64,000 nt of DNA from Saccostrea echinata. Lineage: Eukaryota. Shown here in pieces: positions 1 through 14,072 of this stretch (within the stretch, counting starts at the first letter, position 1; each line of letters starts with the position of its first letter). The notes beneath the pieces are model-generated. The model had not been told where the DNA came from and made no database searches. It saw only the letters and a program-made list of their open reading frames with translations. The position numbers were made by a program, and so were the translations under genes. The stretch covers positions 5,084,001 through 5,148,000 of the forward strand of contig NW_026889774.1 of NCBI RefSeq assembly GCF_033153115.1. Direction: 5' to 3'.

Positions 1-289
1 TTAAAAGTACTTTTCTATTTTTGCGCATATTTGACATGACAGTAATTTAAATGACAAGCATAATTTATATGATTATTTGAATTTATGAAAGTATTTCGGT
101 ATTTGCTGTCTCCCTAACATTACTTGAATTTATATTGATCGATCAGCAATCTTGTGGGCGGAGCAATTAATGAAAATCGTACAATCAGCGACGCTGTGTC
201 TTTTTGATACTGATAATGTTACGGTTATTATGCTTGAAAACGTGATGAAAAATTACATGAAAAATAACCTTTAAAAATGTATTTCTTAT

Positions 290-3200
290 TTACGGTTCTC
301 CTTCCAAAAAATCAAAATTAGCACTGGTGACTTCTCCTGTGCTTTTCACGACAGCCTGTACTTTGAGTTCAGTTCCGCCAAAAATGAAACTTGTTGAAAC
401 TTCTTTATCTGACCCGTACTTTGGGAGATCAACCGTAAGTTTTCCTAGATAAGAACTGCCAGATTCGTCAACGAACTCTGGGTCTTCTCTTGTGGACGTA
501 TATACTGGTAACGACACTTTCGTTTGATTTGAATACAGAGGCCAGTAGCTCTTTTCACTTTGAACATCGTCTATTTCCAGTAATTGACCGGTACAAACAT
601 GCTTATCAAACACATCTTTACATTTTTCTCTACCTTCTACCATCTTCTTCTTCGACTCTGGGTGTTTTCTACGATCGAAGGTCGTATTCGTTTCAATGCC
701 GTATGTATATTTTGCGATACGTGCCGCAATAGTGGCCGGTTGATGACCAAATATAACAGCACCTTTAAGGACAGCTAGACCAGCCTCTTGTGGAATAATC
801 ACTCGACTATCGGGAAATTCCTCCCGAATTCTCTTTTGAAGTAAAGGAGATTCCGAAAAACCTCCAACCATAAGAATATTATTTGTGCCTCGAACTCTGG
901 GCGATCGTAGCAACTGTTTAACGTGATTTACCATGCCATCACTGGCTGCCGAAAACAAGTTCACAAAACATGGCTTGTTAATGCGCAGACGATCTCCAAC
1001 CCAAGTTAGATCATCTTTGTATTTGGTTTGGCGAATTTTCTTTTTGATTTCCTCTCCCGATCGCTCTTCGTACAGCTCTTGTAGACTTATTGGAATACGA
1101 ATGGTGATTTTTCCTGGAGCATCGTCTTTAACATTACGTTTTTTAGTCTCAAAGTCTCGGAACAGGTCAATATAGTCTGCAGTATGCGACAATGCAAATT
1201 CTTCTAGCATCCCTCCCCCCACTATCTCCTCCAGCATTTCTTTAAATGACTGGTCGACTCTAGTGCCGCCCCAAGCGCCGCCGCTTGCCTTGTCCAGTTC
1301 CTTCAAAGTTCCGTTGAATTGAACCTCGTGCACTGTGATATCGACCGTACCACCTTGAAAAAGAAATTCAAAGCAAACTAAAGAAAACCAAGCGAAGTTT
1401 AGGGGATTACCTACTCACTTTCTGTCATTGCTTGTATGTAATGATAGTTGTAGTTGCTTCTGAATCTCACTAAATTATAAGAACATAAATTGTAAATTAA
1501 CACTTACTGATAAAGTTCGGAATCAAGAAGGGAAAAGAAAGTTTTACTTCCACAAATACATGCACAATTATTTACTTTTGATACATGTGATTTAAGAAAT
1601 GCGTATAAATTCCAAAGCAAATTCAGGTTCACAGATTAAAATTACTAAGGACTGGATTCCAAATTCCGCCTCAAAAACTTGCTTTTGATGTTTACTATGG
1701 AATCCACTGTCTGGAAGTGGGGATTTGACTAGATTTCATTCTGGTATCCATATATTCACATATTAAACTCATTTCTGCAGAGTTAATTTTTGTGGACTTT
1801 CTATATCTTCCACAGAAGCAATAGCTTACCACCAGCATCTAAAACAAGGTATCGACTGCCAGGTTTGAAAGCACTGATTCCACCCTCAGCGCCCTGTAGC
1901 TTCTCTATAGGGAGATATTTACAAAACAAAGAAGCTGCCTCAGGTTCTAGAGCTATCATTAACTGCACTCGATTTATACCAGCCTAAACGGAAAAAAGGT
2001 GGAAAAAATTACGCACCAATACCAAATATTTAACACAGTTAAAATGATGGTTTTAATCCTGGATTTGCTGCAAAAACGTTTTCCAGCCACTCACCACTTC
2101 TTTTAAATTCGCAATGCTCAACCATTACACTGTGCATTATTAATTATTTTCATTACAATAGTTGTTTTTTGAGTAATAATTATTAAACTACATTAAACGT
2201 GAAAATATGAACTAAGTAAATTCCATTTATGACAAGTATTTCCTCGCATTTGTTTTCTTTTTTATGGCTTTGCCTCCTGAAAATCTTGCTATAAAGACTA
2301 CCTCTTCAGCAGCCTCCCGCATGAACTGTTTTGAGGGGTCGTCCCAGATAGCGGGCACTGTCAGGACCCAGTTGATGTCCCTTGCTTTGATCCCAGCCCC
2401 TCGTTGGTCTAAAGTTTTCAACATATGATCCTTGAGATAGCGAATGGCGTGGGCAAAGACAGTTATGGCTTTCATCTGTTTTCCTCCTGTCATGTCCTTC
2501 AACATCGTGTCTCTTGTCAGCCTCTGAAAAGAATCACTTTGTTCACACTTGGATCCCCAAATTCATATAAAAAATATAAAATTTTAATGAACAGAGGAAT
2601 AAACTATTTTGACTAGTTTAATTTTCAAGGGTCAGACGGCTAAGGGCAAACAATCAATATTTTAGTTTAGGTCATACTCGGTCAGGATCAAGATGGTTAC
2701 GGAAGTCTTGAGCAATTCAATCAAAGAACAAGCCTAGGCCAGTATGTCAAGATAGTTTCTGTCTGTTTCAGTTGAGCCTTTTGATGCAATAACTCAATTT
2801 CTTAACATAATGACTTTATATTCCAGACACAGACTGATAAGGTGAATGGAATGCACATTCGTGTTTTATCATATACTAGTACATGTACAATTATATAGGA
2901 GATACGTGCTCTCTTTTCTGTCAATGATCAAGACGTGGGCGGACTTCATATTATTTATTAATTTATTAGTAAAAATTCATTTTTATAATCACGATAATAG
3001 GGAATAAATATGTTTCGATGTTGTTGGAAGTTTCCTATGTCTTTTTCGTTGCATTTCAAATGACATCGTCTTTGTGGAGGCAGGATGTAACTTCGTGAAC
3101 ACCAAATGTAGTCAGAAAATTAAACTTTTACTTTTTTACCTTATTGTCATGTTCTAAGTCTCAATTTTACGATGTGATTGCATGCCCGGATCTAGAGTGG

Positions 3201-5046
3201 GACCCCCCACCCCACCCCCCACCCCGGGATAAGTTAAAAAGGTGAAGCTAATGAACTTGGTCGATCTCATAATTCTTTAAACAATACAAATTCTGAACAA
3301 GGCAAAAAAAAAAAACTTAGAAAATCACAGGTTGGATCAGGTGCCTAGGAGGGGTATGCATCCCCTATCCACCGGTCACACCCGCAGTGAGTCCTCTGTA
3401 TTGATCAGGTAAAAGGATTAACCCAAAGTTAAAATTAAAAAAAAAAACAGTGGCATAAAATTGGTACGAAACTTGTTATTCAAAATACAACACAGCGATC
3501 TGTTTTATTTGCAAAGGATTGAGTTATTAAATTTACAAAAAATATCAACCCCCCCCCCTTTCCAAAAATACGGATCCCTTGTAATATGGTAAGGAGAGCC
3601 ATACATCAGCATGATGAAAAGTGTACATAGAATTAGAAAAGAATCTCTCACACACCACACCACCCCCACCCACAAAATAGCAATTTAGGGTAAATTTTTT
3701 GTGCTTTCAAAACCTTCGGAGTCCGACGTTTGTTCCAGTTGGTGTGGAACAACCCCCTCCCCCCCCCCCCCCCCTCCTCGTATGAAACTTTTGAAAGTGA
3801 ATACGAAAATATGTTCTAATTTTTATATTCACACCCATCCATTTAGAGGATAATAGCCACTTCACTAGCTGGAATCTATTCTTTTCCGAAATTAAGAACT
3901 TATAGGAAGTGATACTTAGATAGTCCAACATTATGTCAAAATGTAAAAGAACAAATATATCAACAAACTTCATTTCTAAAAATCGATATTTCTTACCTAA
4001 CTTTTTTGGATTCATTTTTTTTTCACAATTAGAAGAAAAACTCCAACGTAAAAATGCAGAGACTTCTGTAAATTGTAGTGTACGAAACTTATTTTTGCCA
4101 ACTTTTGTCTAGCGCTACTGAAAATTACAGAACTATAACTGCAATTTGTAGTTCGATGGTCTGGAGAAATTGGAATGAACGACCAAAGAGCTATAGAAAA
4201 CGGCAGGTAGAAAAGCACATCGTTTACGAATGGTACATGCATGTTATATAATTAACAATCTTCAGAATTGGGGCTTTTGACAGCTTCATTGCACAGTTTC
4301 TTTTTCTCTGGCAAAAAAAAACAAACAAAAGTTTGAATTTTGACATTTTCTTTCATGACATGCCTAGCCGTGTGTCTCCTTGATTTATCAAGCAAGAGGA
4401 TCTCTAAAAGAAATTTCAGGGAGTGAAGAAAAAAAAATTTCAGGAAAAAAAATGGCAGGAAAAAGAATGTATTGCGGGATTCCAATGAAAGCGTTGTTTT
4501 AACGTTAGATTGTGAAAAAGGTAATGATACATTATACAAATTAAACTGGATTTTTAAAATTTTTCAAAAAATATTTTAGTGGATTGTAAATAGCTTGAGT
4601 TTGTCCCCCTCAAGATGTGAACTTGAAGACAAAATCTTTGTGTATATTAAATTTTTTTTATTCGATCTTTGCCATATCGGATCAAGGAAGGAAGGAAATA
4701 ACTGAATCACAAAATATTATCAACAACTTACAGAGGATGAATTGAACAGCGTCATTTTGAATCTTCTAAAATAGTAATAATCTGCGTGTTCCTGTTCGTC
4801 TGCAAGCTCGGAGTAGCGATCTTCTGCTTCGTAACCGAATGCGACCAATTCCCCATCTCCGTCTAGTAGCACCGTAGTGGGGGTCTTCAGGGAAACGAGG
4901 CCCGCTGTGCCCGCAGTCCACGTATTAGCTGATACTTTGAGAGGATCAGTCTCAAAGTCATGCCGAAATGAAAAGCAGTAGCCCGAATATGTCGTGCCAA
5001 AATCTATGGCCGCTGTCATAAGACGGTCTTCTTGGGCACATGCCAT
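290..5046 (-). CDS. HSPA12: Heat shock 70 kDa protein 12A/B-like (atypical HSP70), 4 coding exons, ~584 aa
   Basis: Exons 5046-4732, 2523-2302, 1983-1830, 1353-290 join in frame through GT-AG introns. HSPA12 motifs: AAIDFGTTYSGY, LKTPT, WVLTVPAIWDD, ALEPEAAS, LDAGGGTVD, ASGGAWGGTRVD, MVGGFSES, AVLKGAV, FIFGGTEL. An acceptor at 5065-5064 implies an upstream non-coding exon. Confidence 0.95.
3238..3410 (-). mobile_element. Fragment of an abundant oyster-type interspersed repeat (possibly retroelement 3' part)
   Basis: Reverse complement contains ggtgtgaccggtggataggggatgcatacccctcctaggcacctgatcc, which I recall as a high-copy oyster repeat motif. The class cannot be determined from this window. 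Confidence 0.4.
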
Positions 5047-5798
5047 TTTTGTTCTCTTTCCCCCTGCAGAAAAAATAAAGAAAAATCAAATTTATTTTAA
5101 AAAAAAGAAATATTGTATTCTGTAGAAATCAGTAACTAGTAAGGCCTAAACTTTTTTGTGCATTTTCGCCCTATTTCTTTCTTTCCTTTTAATTCATTAC
5201 CGGTAATTTTGAAAAGGCATGGTAATATGGTTTTATGTTTCCTTAAATTAGTTTAAGTTAGTGTATATTTATTAAGAAAAGAAAAGGGGGAGAGACTAGA
5301 CACTTCAAAAATAACACATATTTTTGTGTATATTACATTACCATATTGACTGAAGGCTCATTATTTAGTGTCCATGTAGAGGTTGAAATATATACATGAA
5401 GGTGCCAGTAATATTTTTTAGCAATTGAAAATCTTATACTGTTCGTTTTTAGCTCACCTGAGCCACAACCTCAATCGAAATTTGTCCGTGTTCTGTCATT
5501 GTAATCAATGTTGTAGTCGTAATCTTTACAAATTCACCCTTTTTTCTATAGAACCACTAGGTAAATATCAACCAAACTTTGCTCAGAGTACCCTTGAGTG
5601 ATGAGGATTCAGGTTTGCTCGAATGAAGGGCCATGTCCTCTTTCAATGGGGAGATAATCATGGAAAGACAAAAAATAGGGGGTGATTTAAAAAAAATCTC
5701 TTTCTAGGAACCACTGAGCCACAGCTTTCTGACATAGTGTAGACTCAGGGGGATTAGAGTTTGACATAAAAATGCATCATCAAGAGCAGCAGGGCTAT

Positions 5799-5919
5799 TA
5801 TCATGTTGTAAATTTTGAACTTATTAGGTGGAGGTAAATGCAAAATTTACAACATGATAACTATGCTGTAAATTTTGCAGCTACCTCCACCTAGTAAATT
5901 CAAAATTTACAACATGATA
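5799..5919. mobile_element. ~120-bp palindromic MITE-like hairpin nested in the element above
   Basis: tatcatgttgtaaattttgaacttattaggtggaggta pairs with tacctccacctagtaaattcaaaatttacaacatgata. Confidence 0.65.
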
Positions 5920-6060
5920 CATGTAAATCATGTATACCATATTGATATGCAAACATTAAGTTGTGTTGATTCAATTTTTTTTCTTTAAATGATAGACCTT
6001 AGGGTAAGGATTTGACTAAATTTGGGTATCAATTGTTACACAAATGTAGTGCATGTGTAC

Positions 6061-6479
6061 CATTCTCTATCCAGAGTTGTCGTTCCCGCTACGCTCCCAC
6101 ATACACCTCTGTCAATGCTTGTTATACAAGATTCTTGGGAAAATTGTAAATGAATAAAAGTTGTATTAATATTCGTTATTAATTATATTTCTTATTGGAA
6201 AACATTATTTGTTTTAATTTATTAAACCTTAAAAGGATTTTTTAATTAAGATTTTAATTTTACTCTGCAAAATAGTTCCCTTAAAACTTTGAAAACAAGT
6301 CGTTTTGAGGGATTACAGATTTAAAATAAATGATGAATCATCATCTTTATCGATAATTACAATAATCAATTACTATTTAAATTTCAAATTTTCACCATTA
6401 AAAATTTGTACAAGAATCTTGTACGAACGTTGACAGAGGTGTTGTGAGCGTAGCGGAAGACAACTCTGGATAGAGAAAG
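6061..6479. mobile_element. Non-autonomous TIR element with 10-bp target-site duplication (AcademH/MuDR-like)
   Basis: Imperfect TIRs of ~75 bp (cattctctatccagagttgtc... / ...gacaactctggatagagaaag). Flanked by perfect direct repeat gcatgtgtac at 6051-6060 and 6480-6489; an 8-bp TSD reading with CC/GG ends is also possible. Confidence 0.85.
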
Positions 6480-7170
6480 GCATGTGTACAGCAGAAAAAT
6501 GTTCACAGAAAGGCTTTGTTAGTCTTATTGATAATGAGGCATCCCCAAATTATATGGATTCAAGTTTGATTAAACCCTTTTCCTTGGGGCTTATGCTGAT
6601 GCCACAATATGGGGTCAAATTTTTTTCTTGGAAAAATATCTTTTAAAACTCCTCTGTAGAACAACATGTACAGGGCAAAGGTAACTCAGGCGATCATTGT
6701 GGCCCATGTACCTCTTGTATATCTTGCATATAATTCAGTGTTATCAGTCACTTTTTGTCTACATTATATTTCATATGTAAATAGTTGTACAGTTGTATGT
6801 ACTGTTTAATAATGTTTAAGCTCAAGAGGACCCGGATTTAGAAAGAGAGAAAGAAATACATGAAAAAAAAAACATTATCTTGATCAGGAATGCAAAATGA
6901 TTCATCAATTGTAAATATTGTGCAATGAGACTTTTACATGTCTGTTTCTCAATTTCAAGGATGTCTTGTAGTTAAATGCAATATTAAGTTTATGACATTA
7001 CAATCAGCTGAATTTGGATACATATAGAGGTTATATATACATATATATATTTATATATATATTTATACATGTTATATATGTATACTGATCAATATATACA
7101 GATCATGATGGTCCTAGTCACTTGTTACAAGATTTATGTTTACGACAGAACAACTCGTCTAGATGCACCT

Positions 7171-7322
7171 TAGTCCGAAGTATCTGACGTTTTCCAGGCT
7201 TTTTTCACGATTTTGATATTTATCTGATGTTTTCCAGTCTTTTTTCACGATTTTGATATTTTACGTGCCGTAAAATATCAAAATCGTGAAAAAGACTGGA
7301 AAACGTCAGATACTTCGGACTA
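7171..7322. mobile_element. 152-bp hairpin MITE with TAG...CTA ends and 9-bp TSD (Academ/AcademH-like)
   Basis: tagtccgaagtatctgacgttttccag / ctggaaaacgtcagatacttcggacta. Flanks gatgcacct (7162-7170) and gatgcactt (7323-7331). Same TIRs as 17754-18306. Confidence 0.85.
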
Positions 7323-8036
7323 GATGCACTTTTTCATTGATTTTATCGGTTGATCGTAAATGAACGGCCCCAAATAATGCATTTGATGTACATGTATACA
7401 GTGCAGGTTTCAGAATACCTTTAACTTGGTCAAAACGAAAGTAGGCGGAAAACAATTAACACAGGTATGTACCTTTTACATGTTTTATCAGTTATGAAAA
7501 CTTATTTTAAGTAAACTAATATTTTGTTTCGGTGGTGATTAATACTTACTTATAAATGAACGACAACAGCGTAGATATTTTGCTTCACAAAGTTTAGTAG
7601 TTGTCAAATATTGGATGTAACAAGAAAATGAACATGCGCACTCTGTTTAGTTTAAAAATGTACGGTAGCCACTAAAGGTCTAAACGAAATAACAATAATT
7701 TAAAGAGTCAAAAGTTGAGGGATAACCCAGGATAGGAACGAAAATAAAACAAGGTCAGTCAATAAGTAGAATCCCTGTATATACTCATATTTTTTTCAGC
7801 TAGTAACCTTGAACTTTCTCAAAATGACCTTGGGTCAAGGTCAAGGTCGAAAGCAATCATTGTATTAGGTAAACCTATGGACTTGCAAGATTTATAATTC
7901 TTTTTTAAAGTGATTAAATTTGAATGACCTTAGTTCTTTGATACTTTCAGGTCATAAGCAATGTTTGTATGATGTTTGACTTCCAATGTTTTTTCCAATG
8001 ACCTAAGAAACTTATGGTCCTGACAAGAATTATAAT

Positions 8037-9015
8037 TATGGGTTTTTTCTGCCAGTGATTTTGGACTTGCCTGAATGACAGAATGAACCATGACACATCC
8101 TTATAGTCATATTAAAAAAAAATTATCACTGGCAGATTTAGAGGGGGTGCCCCCCCCCCCCCTTTGTGATAAAAAATATACATAAGATTAATAAATCATA
8201 TTTTGTGGGATATTGCATTAATCATACATGACATCTTGTCCTATCGAGAGCCATGCTTAAAATGAGATGATTTTCGAATGAATTCTACAGGTTTCTCAAA
8301 CGATTATTACACGAGATAAATACTTTGGTTTTGAGAGAATAAATTGATATTGAACAGAAGCCGCTTGCTTCTCGGGTTTTCCTGACATTCCAGCATAGTG
8401 AAATGTAAAACAAACAAACGAACAAACACTCATAATTCTATACACCACTGCATGATGGATAATAGTTAATACAACTATTTATTATCATATTATACAATTA
8501 TTAAAAGAGACAATGACTCAAAAATATTTCTGGAAATGCTCATTAACATACATTTATTACCGCAGTAACATTACAATGCAAAGTGAAAGTCATGTTCACT
8601 CTGAAAACTTTTGACGTTGGTGCGAAAGTAACATGACGTCATTGTTTACCTGTTAAAGTATCATTGATATAAATGAAGAAAAAACCTACTTAGAGTTGAC
8701 GTAGGGCCATAAAAATTCAGATTTGGCAACTTCTAACCTTGCTCTATTAAAATCCATGAAAAACTTAAAATGTGTAAAAATTGCCATAAGGGCCCTTTTG
8801 TCATGGGCACAATCATATGGGTTTTTTCTGCCAGTGATTTTGGACTTGCCTGAATGACAGAATGAACCATGACACATCCTTATAGTCATATTAAAAAAAA
8901 ATTATCACTGGCAGATTTAGAGGGGGTGCCCCCCCCCCCCCCCTTTGTGATAAAAAATATACATAAGATTAATAAATCATATTTTGTTGTGGGATATTGC
9001 ATTAATCATACATGA
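8037..9015. repeat. ~195-bp near-identical direct duplication (8037-8231 and 8816-9015)
   Basis: tatgggttttttctgccagtgattttggacttgcc...aatcatacatga occurs twice, separated by ~585 bp of unrelated sequence. Confidence 0.85.
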
Positions 9016-9933
9016 AGTATGGCCTAATAAGTCAAAAAACTGTTCCATAAAACCCCTAAAACCTGCGAGCTACAAGGGGCTTCGCCCCATGGGCCCCCAT
9101 CCAAGACCCCCCAACTGGTTGCCCCCCCCCCCCCCCTTTTGAAGAGTCCTGGATCTGCAACTGTATGTTAAGTTGTTTCTAAAATACAAAGTAATTTAAT
9201 GACCTAAGACAATTGCACAAACAGACAGATGGACAGGGTGATTCTTATGAAGAACCCCATATTTTAAGGAACTTTAGACTCCCTTAAAGAAATAATAAAT
9301 TGTCAGGAAGAGTAATATTTGAAGGAAAGTACATTGTACATGTAGTTTATCCAGGTCATTCTATAAACCTCAGATGATTCTGTCACCTTCATAGCTAGAT
9401 GAGGTATGAATCGGCCAAGTTGTCCAGGTGTCGAAATCTTGCAAAAGGTTCAGGATAGAAAATATACATGATGGATGAAAATCATACATAATGCATTTTG
9501 TCTTGCTATGGAGTTACAATTTCTTTTATTAATTATAGTCTATCATTTAAGAATTAAAAACACTGAAAGCCTAAGCAAACCTTTACCTGTAAAAAATGTA
9601 AAGAACCTTCTTCCATGGCATGTTCTAGCTTGCTACATGTAGCTAGTAAAGTGAAGAATACTGGAATATTATTCAAAAGTATACGTAACTCTATTAAATG
9701 AAATTTCTTAGTTGCAAGTTTTCCAAAAAAGAAAAAATAATGAAACTCATGCCACAAACACAAAACTTCTTTGTTCTGCTAGGAAGGGAAGTTAACGTGC
9801 TTCATGAAATATTCTGGCGTGAAGCATCGTAGTTCATGTCCTCACGAATTCTCAAATAAAATGAAAACATGTATCAAATATATGATCAGAGTACAAGTCA
9901 GCTTTCAAGTGAAAGAAACATGATTTATAACTA

Positions 9934-10087
9934 CAGTCAACTTCATTATCTCGAGTTCAATGGGTAAAAACTTCAAAATATCCAAGAGTTTGAGATATTG
10001 AAGGTAAAAATCAGAAAGAAAAAAGTGATTTGGACTTCAAACTCTCTTCATGATATTTGAGATATTGATGTTCAAGAAGTTCAACTG
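9934..10087. mobile_element. Degenerate Tc1/mariner(pogo)-type MITE
   Basis: TA|cagtcaacttc...gaagttcaactg|TA with internal gagatat repeats. Confidence 0.6.
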
Positions 10088-10466
10088 TACTTAGAAAAAC
10101 TGATAAGGGTATGTTTACACTTTGTAGATTATCCCTGCCCAAACTTTTCAAATATTTTGTACATCATATGCAAGGACATGTGTGTCCCTGTGAGTTTTAT
10201 TCCTCCCTGAGCTCAGCTACAGATATTGAAAATAATTATATTTGTAATGATATTCATTAGTAAGAAACTTTATATCCTAATTATATATTAAAACTCTTTC
10301 AACTTCCTTCCATTTGTAGATCCTTATCTTCAAAACATTCATCAGACCTGGATTAGAATATAATCCTGAAAATCCAGTATCCACAACTACGACAGAAATA
10401 AAGTTTACATCAAAAGATTACATATTTAAAAATAACAAATTGTAAGATATTTTGTAAATACAAATT

Positions 10467-12962
10467 TTATTCATCATCATCATCATCACTATCTTCATCA
10501 TCATCTGAATCGGAATCATCTTTCTTTTCACTATCTTTGGTGGAGGATTCCCCCTCTGCAAGTCCAGCAAAAAAGTCATCTTTAGGAGCCAAATACTTAG
10601 GTTTGTTAGATTTCTTGGCCCTTTTCCTTGTGTTTACTTTTTCTTTTTTAAGATTGTCAACTCTCCAGAATTTAATAGTCTGATCATGTGAACAACTTGC
10701 CAGTATTGTCTTATCATGAGAAAGACTTAGATTTTCCACAGGAAATTCATCATGCTCCCCCACCACACCCAGGAATCTGTTTGGGAGGATGTGAACTGCT
10801 CTGAAAAAGGTGAATTTAATACTGTGCAAGTCAACATGTTAAATACTGAATAAATAAATACTTGATTTACAAAATTACATACATCTTGCCTAACCTGGAA
10901 CAAAGCTGACCTTCAGATTGATTTGAAATGAAAACAACTGTCAATGACAAATTGCTTATAATGAATTCTTTGAAGAAAAAACAGTATCAAAGTTCCTCTC
11001 TTTTCAAAGACAGGAGTAGGGTTGGGGGAGGACGGGGAGGGTCTGTAGGGTAGGAATAGATATAACCAATTGTCAGGGACAAGAAAAAAAATAGGTCAAA
11101 ACAAGTCATACATTGAAATCTGTGTATTTGCCTGAATATTCAAGTGAAAATTTTAGCTATAGATGGATCATGCAAAAATTTCCTGAACAGTATCAAAGTT
11201 AAACTGAAAAGAAATAATGAACTAAATACAATACAAACATTTTCATTATTTTCATGGACATACATTATTTTAACTTTGTACATAAGAGGTAGTACAGAGC
11301 CTTTAATCTTCCAGTTAATTTATCAATTTACCTCACAATTCCATCACTGGAACCCGTGCAGACAATGTCACTTGTAATGGGAACCATGCAGTCTATAGAC
11401 AGAGGATGGCCTGGAAATCTGTCACTAATATTCCCCCACTCTCCCCAGTTGAAAATATTAATGACACCCTCAGATGTCCCACACAAAACTTTCTGGTTAC
11501 CCTAGAGTTAAGTAATAAGCATGTCACATTAATCATCTTCTTGTTTATACATGTATATGTGAGTGAAAGTTTGTATATACATGTATTTCCATACATCCAT
11601 GTGTTACATTAATGGAAGATCCATGAAACAGTTGACCTTTGACACCCAGTTTAAACAAGAGGCCCATGGGCCAGTAACTACGGCACCTCTGTTCTTTATC
11701 AGCAGATTTTTCTACCCATGCACCAAGTTCACTCTAGTTCACCATACATTGTACTAAGAAAACATAGAAAAAATGCCCACCTTCACTACTGACAAGGACA
11801 GAAGCTCAGAATCAAACAGTTCTGACTGGATTTCCATTCTTTTTCTTCTGACATTGAATGCTGTCAAAGTACCATCCCCACTAAAAAAATAATGGATACA
11901 AAAAAAGTAAAGAAGATATATTGTACCTGTTATTATTCATGTTATCTTTTTAAATAACTATAATTCTATACTTTTCATCAATCAGCTTGATAATCAGAAG
12001 CTTCCATTTTGATTCTGAATAGTATAAAATAGACATGTACATGTATTCACAAGTTACATATACTAAATATAAGTATCTGGAATATATCACAGGATTGTCT
12101 TTATGAAACTTTGTGCTCTTAATTTATGATTCTATGAAATAACTCTTATAAACATGCTAACATATAACCTCTGTGATCCCTGTGTAAGAACACTGACCTT
12201 GTAGCCAGTAAGATTTTCTGTTGGTTATCTATGGCCAGATCACTGATATAATCATCATTCTCCTTCATATCCATCACAGCTGTCTTAGTTCTAATGTCCC
12301 ACAGCTGTTCTAGGAAAATCACAAAATATTCAGGTCTGTCATCAATGTAAAGGACCCTGAACTTACATTATGATGTAGCATGAAATTCAAATAAAAATGT
12401 TTCTATCTTGGATAATTGGAAAAAATAAAACTGAATAACACTTGAATAACAATTTCTAAAGTAAAAATAAATAATTGTAAATTAATCAATTTCTTATCCA
12501 GAATGGTGTATAATTGACATACATGTAGTTTCAGACCTGCCTACTTTCCGGATTTACCCTAATTTCTGATCCCAACGAACAATCTAAGATTTGAACGGCA
12601 GATCTCCAGATTTCCAAAATTTTCAGTTTTAAAATTATTCATAATAACTCTTCATCAGTCAAATGCTTTTCATAATGATTAATAGTGACATACAGTTTAA
12701 AAACATTCAAATAACAATGAGTAGAAACACATACATGTAAATGTCAAGACAAAGAGTCACAAACATAGAAGTTATGGAAATATTTTGGACTTCAAGTTGT
12801 CCACATATCATTTTAATGAAAAGTGAATGTGTTCCAAGGTGAAGTTGCTAAACTTTTCTGTCTCAAAATGACAAAAGGTGGAATCTTACAGACAAATTGA
12901 TAGAAAACTAGGAGAAAAATTAATTTTTGGTAGGCAGGTATGTAGTATGTATTGTAAAGAAC

Positions 12963-12997
<35 letters not shown>

Positions 12998-14037
12998 TAA
13001 CTTTGGCCATGCTGTTCTTTACCAGATTTCCCCCCTTTTAATATACCTACTGTGGCCCCGCCCTACCCACGGGGGTCAAAATTTGAACAATTTATAATCT
13101 ACACTACCCCAGGATGCTTCCATATAAGTTTCAGCTTTTCTGGCCCAGTGGTTCTTGAGAAGAAGATTTTTTCAGATTTTTCCTATATATTTCAATGTAA
13201 AATTTGGATTCCCTATTGTGGCCCCGCCCTATCCCTGGGGGTCATGATTTGAACAATTTAGATTCTACACTACCCCAAGATGCTTCCATATAAGTTTCAG
13301 CTTTTCTGGCCCAGTGGTTCTTGAAAAGAAGATTTTAAAACTTGGATTCCCTATTGTGGCCCCGCCCTATCCCCCCCCCCCCCCCCGGGGGTCATGATTT
13401 GAACAATTTAGATTCTACACTACCCCAGGATGCTTCCATATAAGTTTCAGCTTTTCTGGCCCAGTGGTTCTTGAAAAGAAGATTTTTAAAGATTTTTCTT
13501 ATGTATTTCAATGTAAAACTTGGATTCCCTATTGTGGCCCCGCCCTACCCCCTAGGGTCATGATTTGAACAATTTAGAATCTACACTACCCCAGGATGCT
13601 TCCATATAAGTTTCAGCTTTTCTGGCCCAGTGGTTCTTGAGAAGAAGATTTTTAAAGATTTTTCTTATGTATTTCAATGTAAAACTTGGATTCCCTATTG
13701 TGGCCCCGCCCTACCCCCGGGGGTCATGATTTGAACAATTTAGAATCTACACTATCCCAGGATGCTTCCACATAAGTTTCAGCTTTTCTGGCCCAGTGGT
13801 TCTTGAGAAGAAGATTTTTTAATGACCCCACCCTATTTTTGTCTTTTCTTGATTATCTCCCCTTGTAAGGGGACTTGGCCCTTTATTTTAACAATTTACA
13901 CTCCCCTTTACCCAAGGATACTTTGTACTAAGTTTGGTTAAAATTGGCCCAGTGGTTCTTGAGAAGAAGTTGAGAATGTGAAAAGTTTACAGACGGACGG
14001 ACGGACAGACAGACGGACAACAAGTGATCAGAAAAGT

Positions 14038-14072
<35 letters not shown>

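Larger units (their letters stand above)
5446..6718 (-). mobile_element. Degenerate pearl/CvA-like non-autonomous Helentron-type element carrying nested insertions
   Basis: Termini ttttagctcacctgagc (5447) and ctcaggcgatcattgtggcccatgtacctcttgt (to 6718) are reverse complements of the termini of the intact copy at 12963-14070. Confidence 0.75.

Noticed and set aside
490-1987. Plus-strand ORFs overlapping HSPA12
   Set aside because: Antisense shadows of real exons with no independent motifs.
7718-7728. NF-kB-like site gggataaccc upstream of HSPA12
   Set aside because: Imperfect match, single short motif, and the TSS is unknown.
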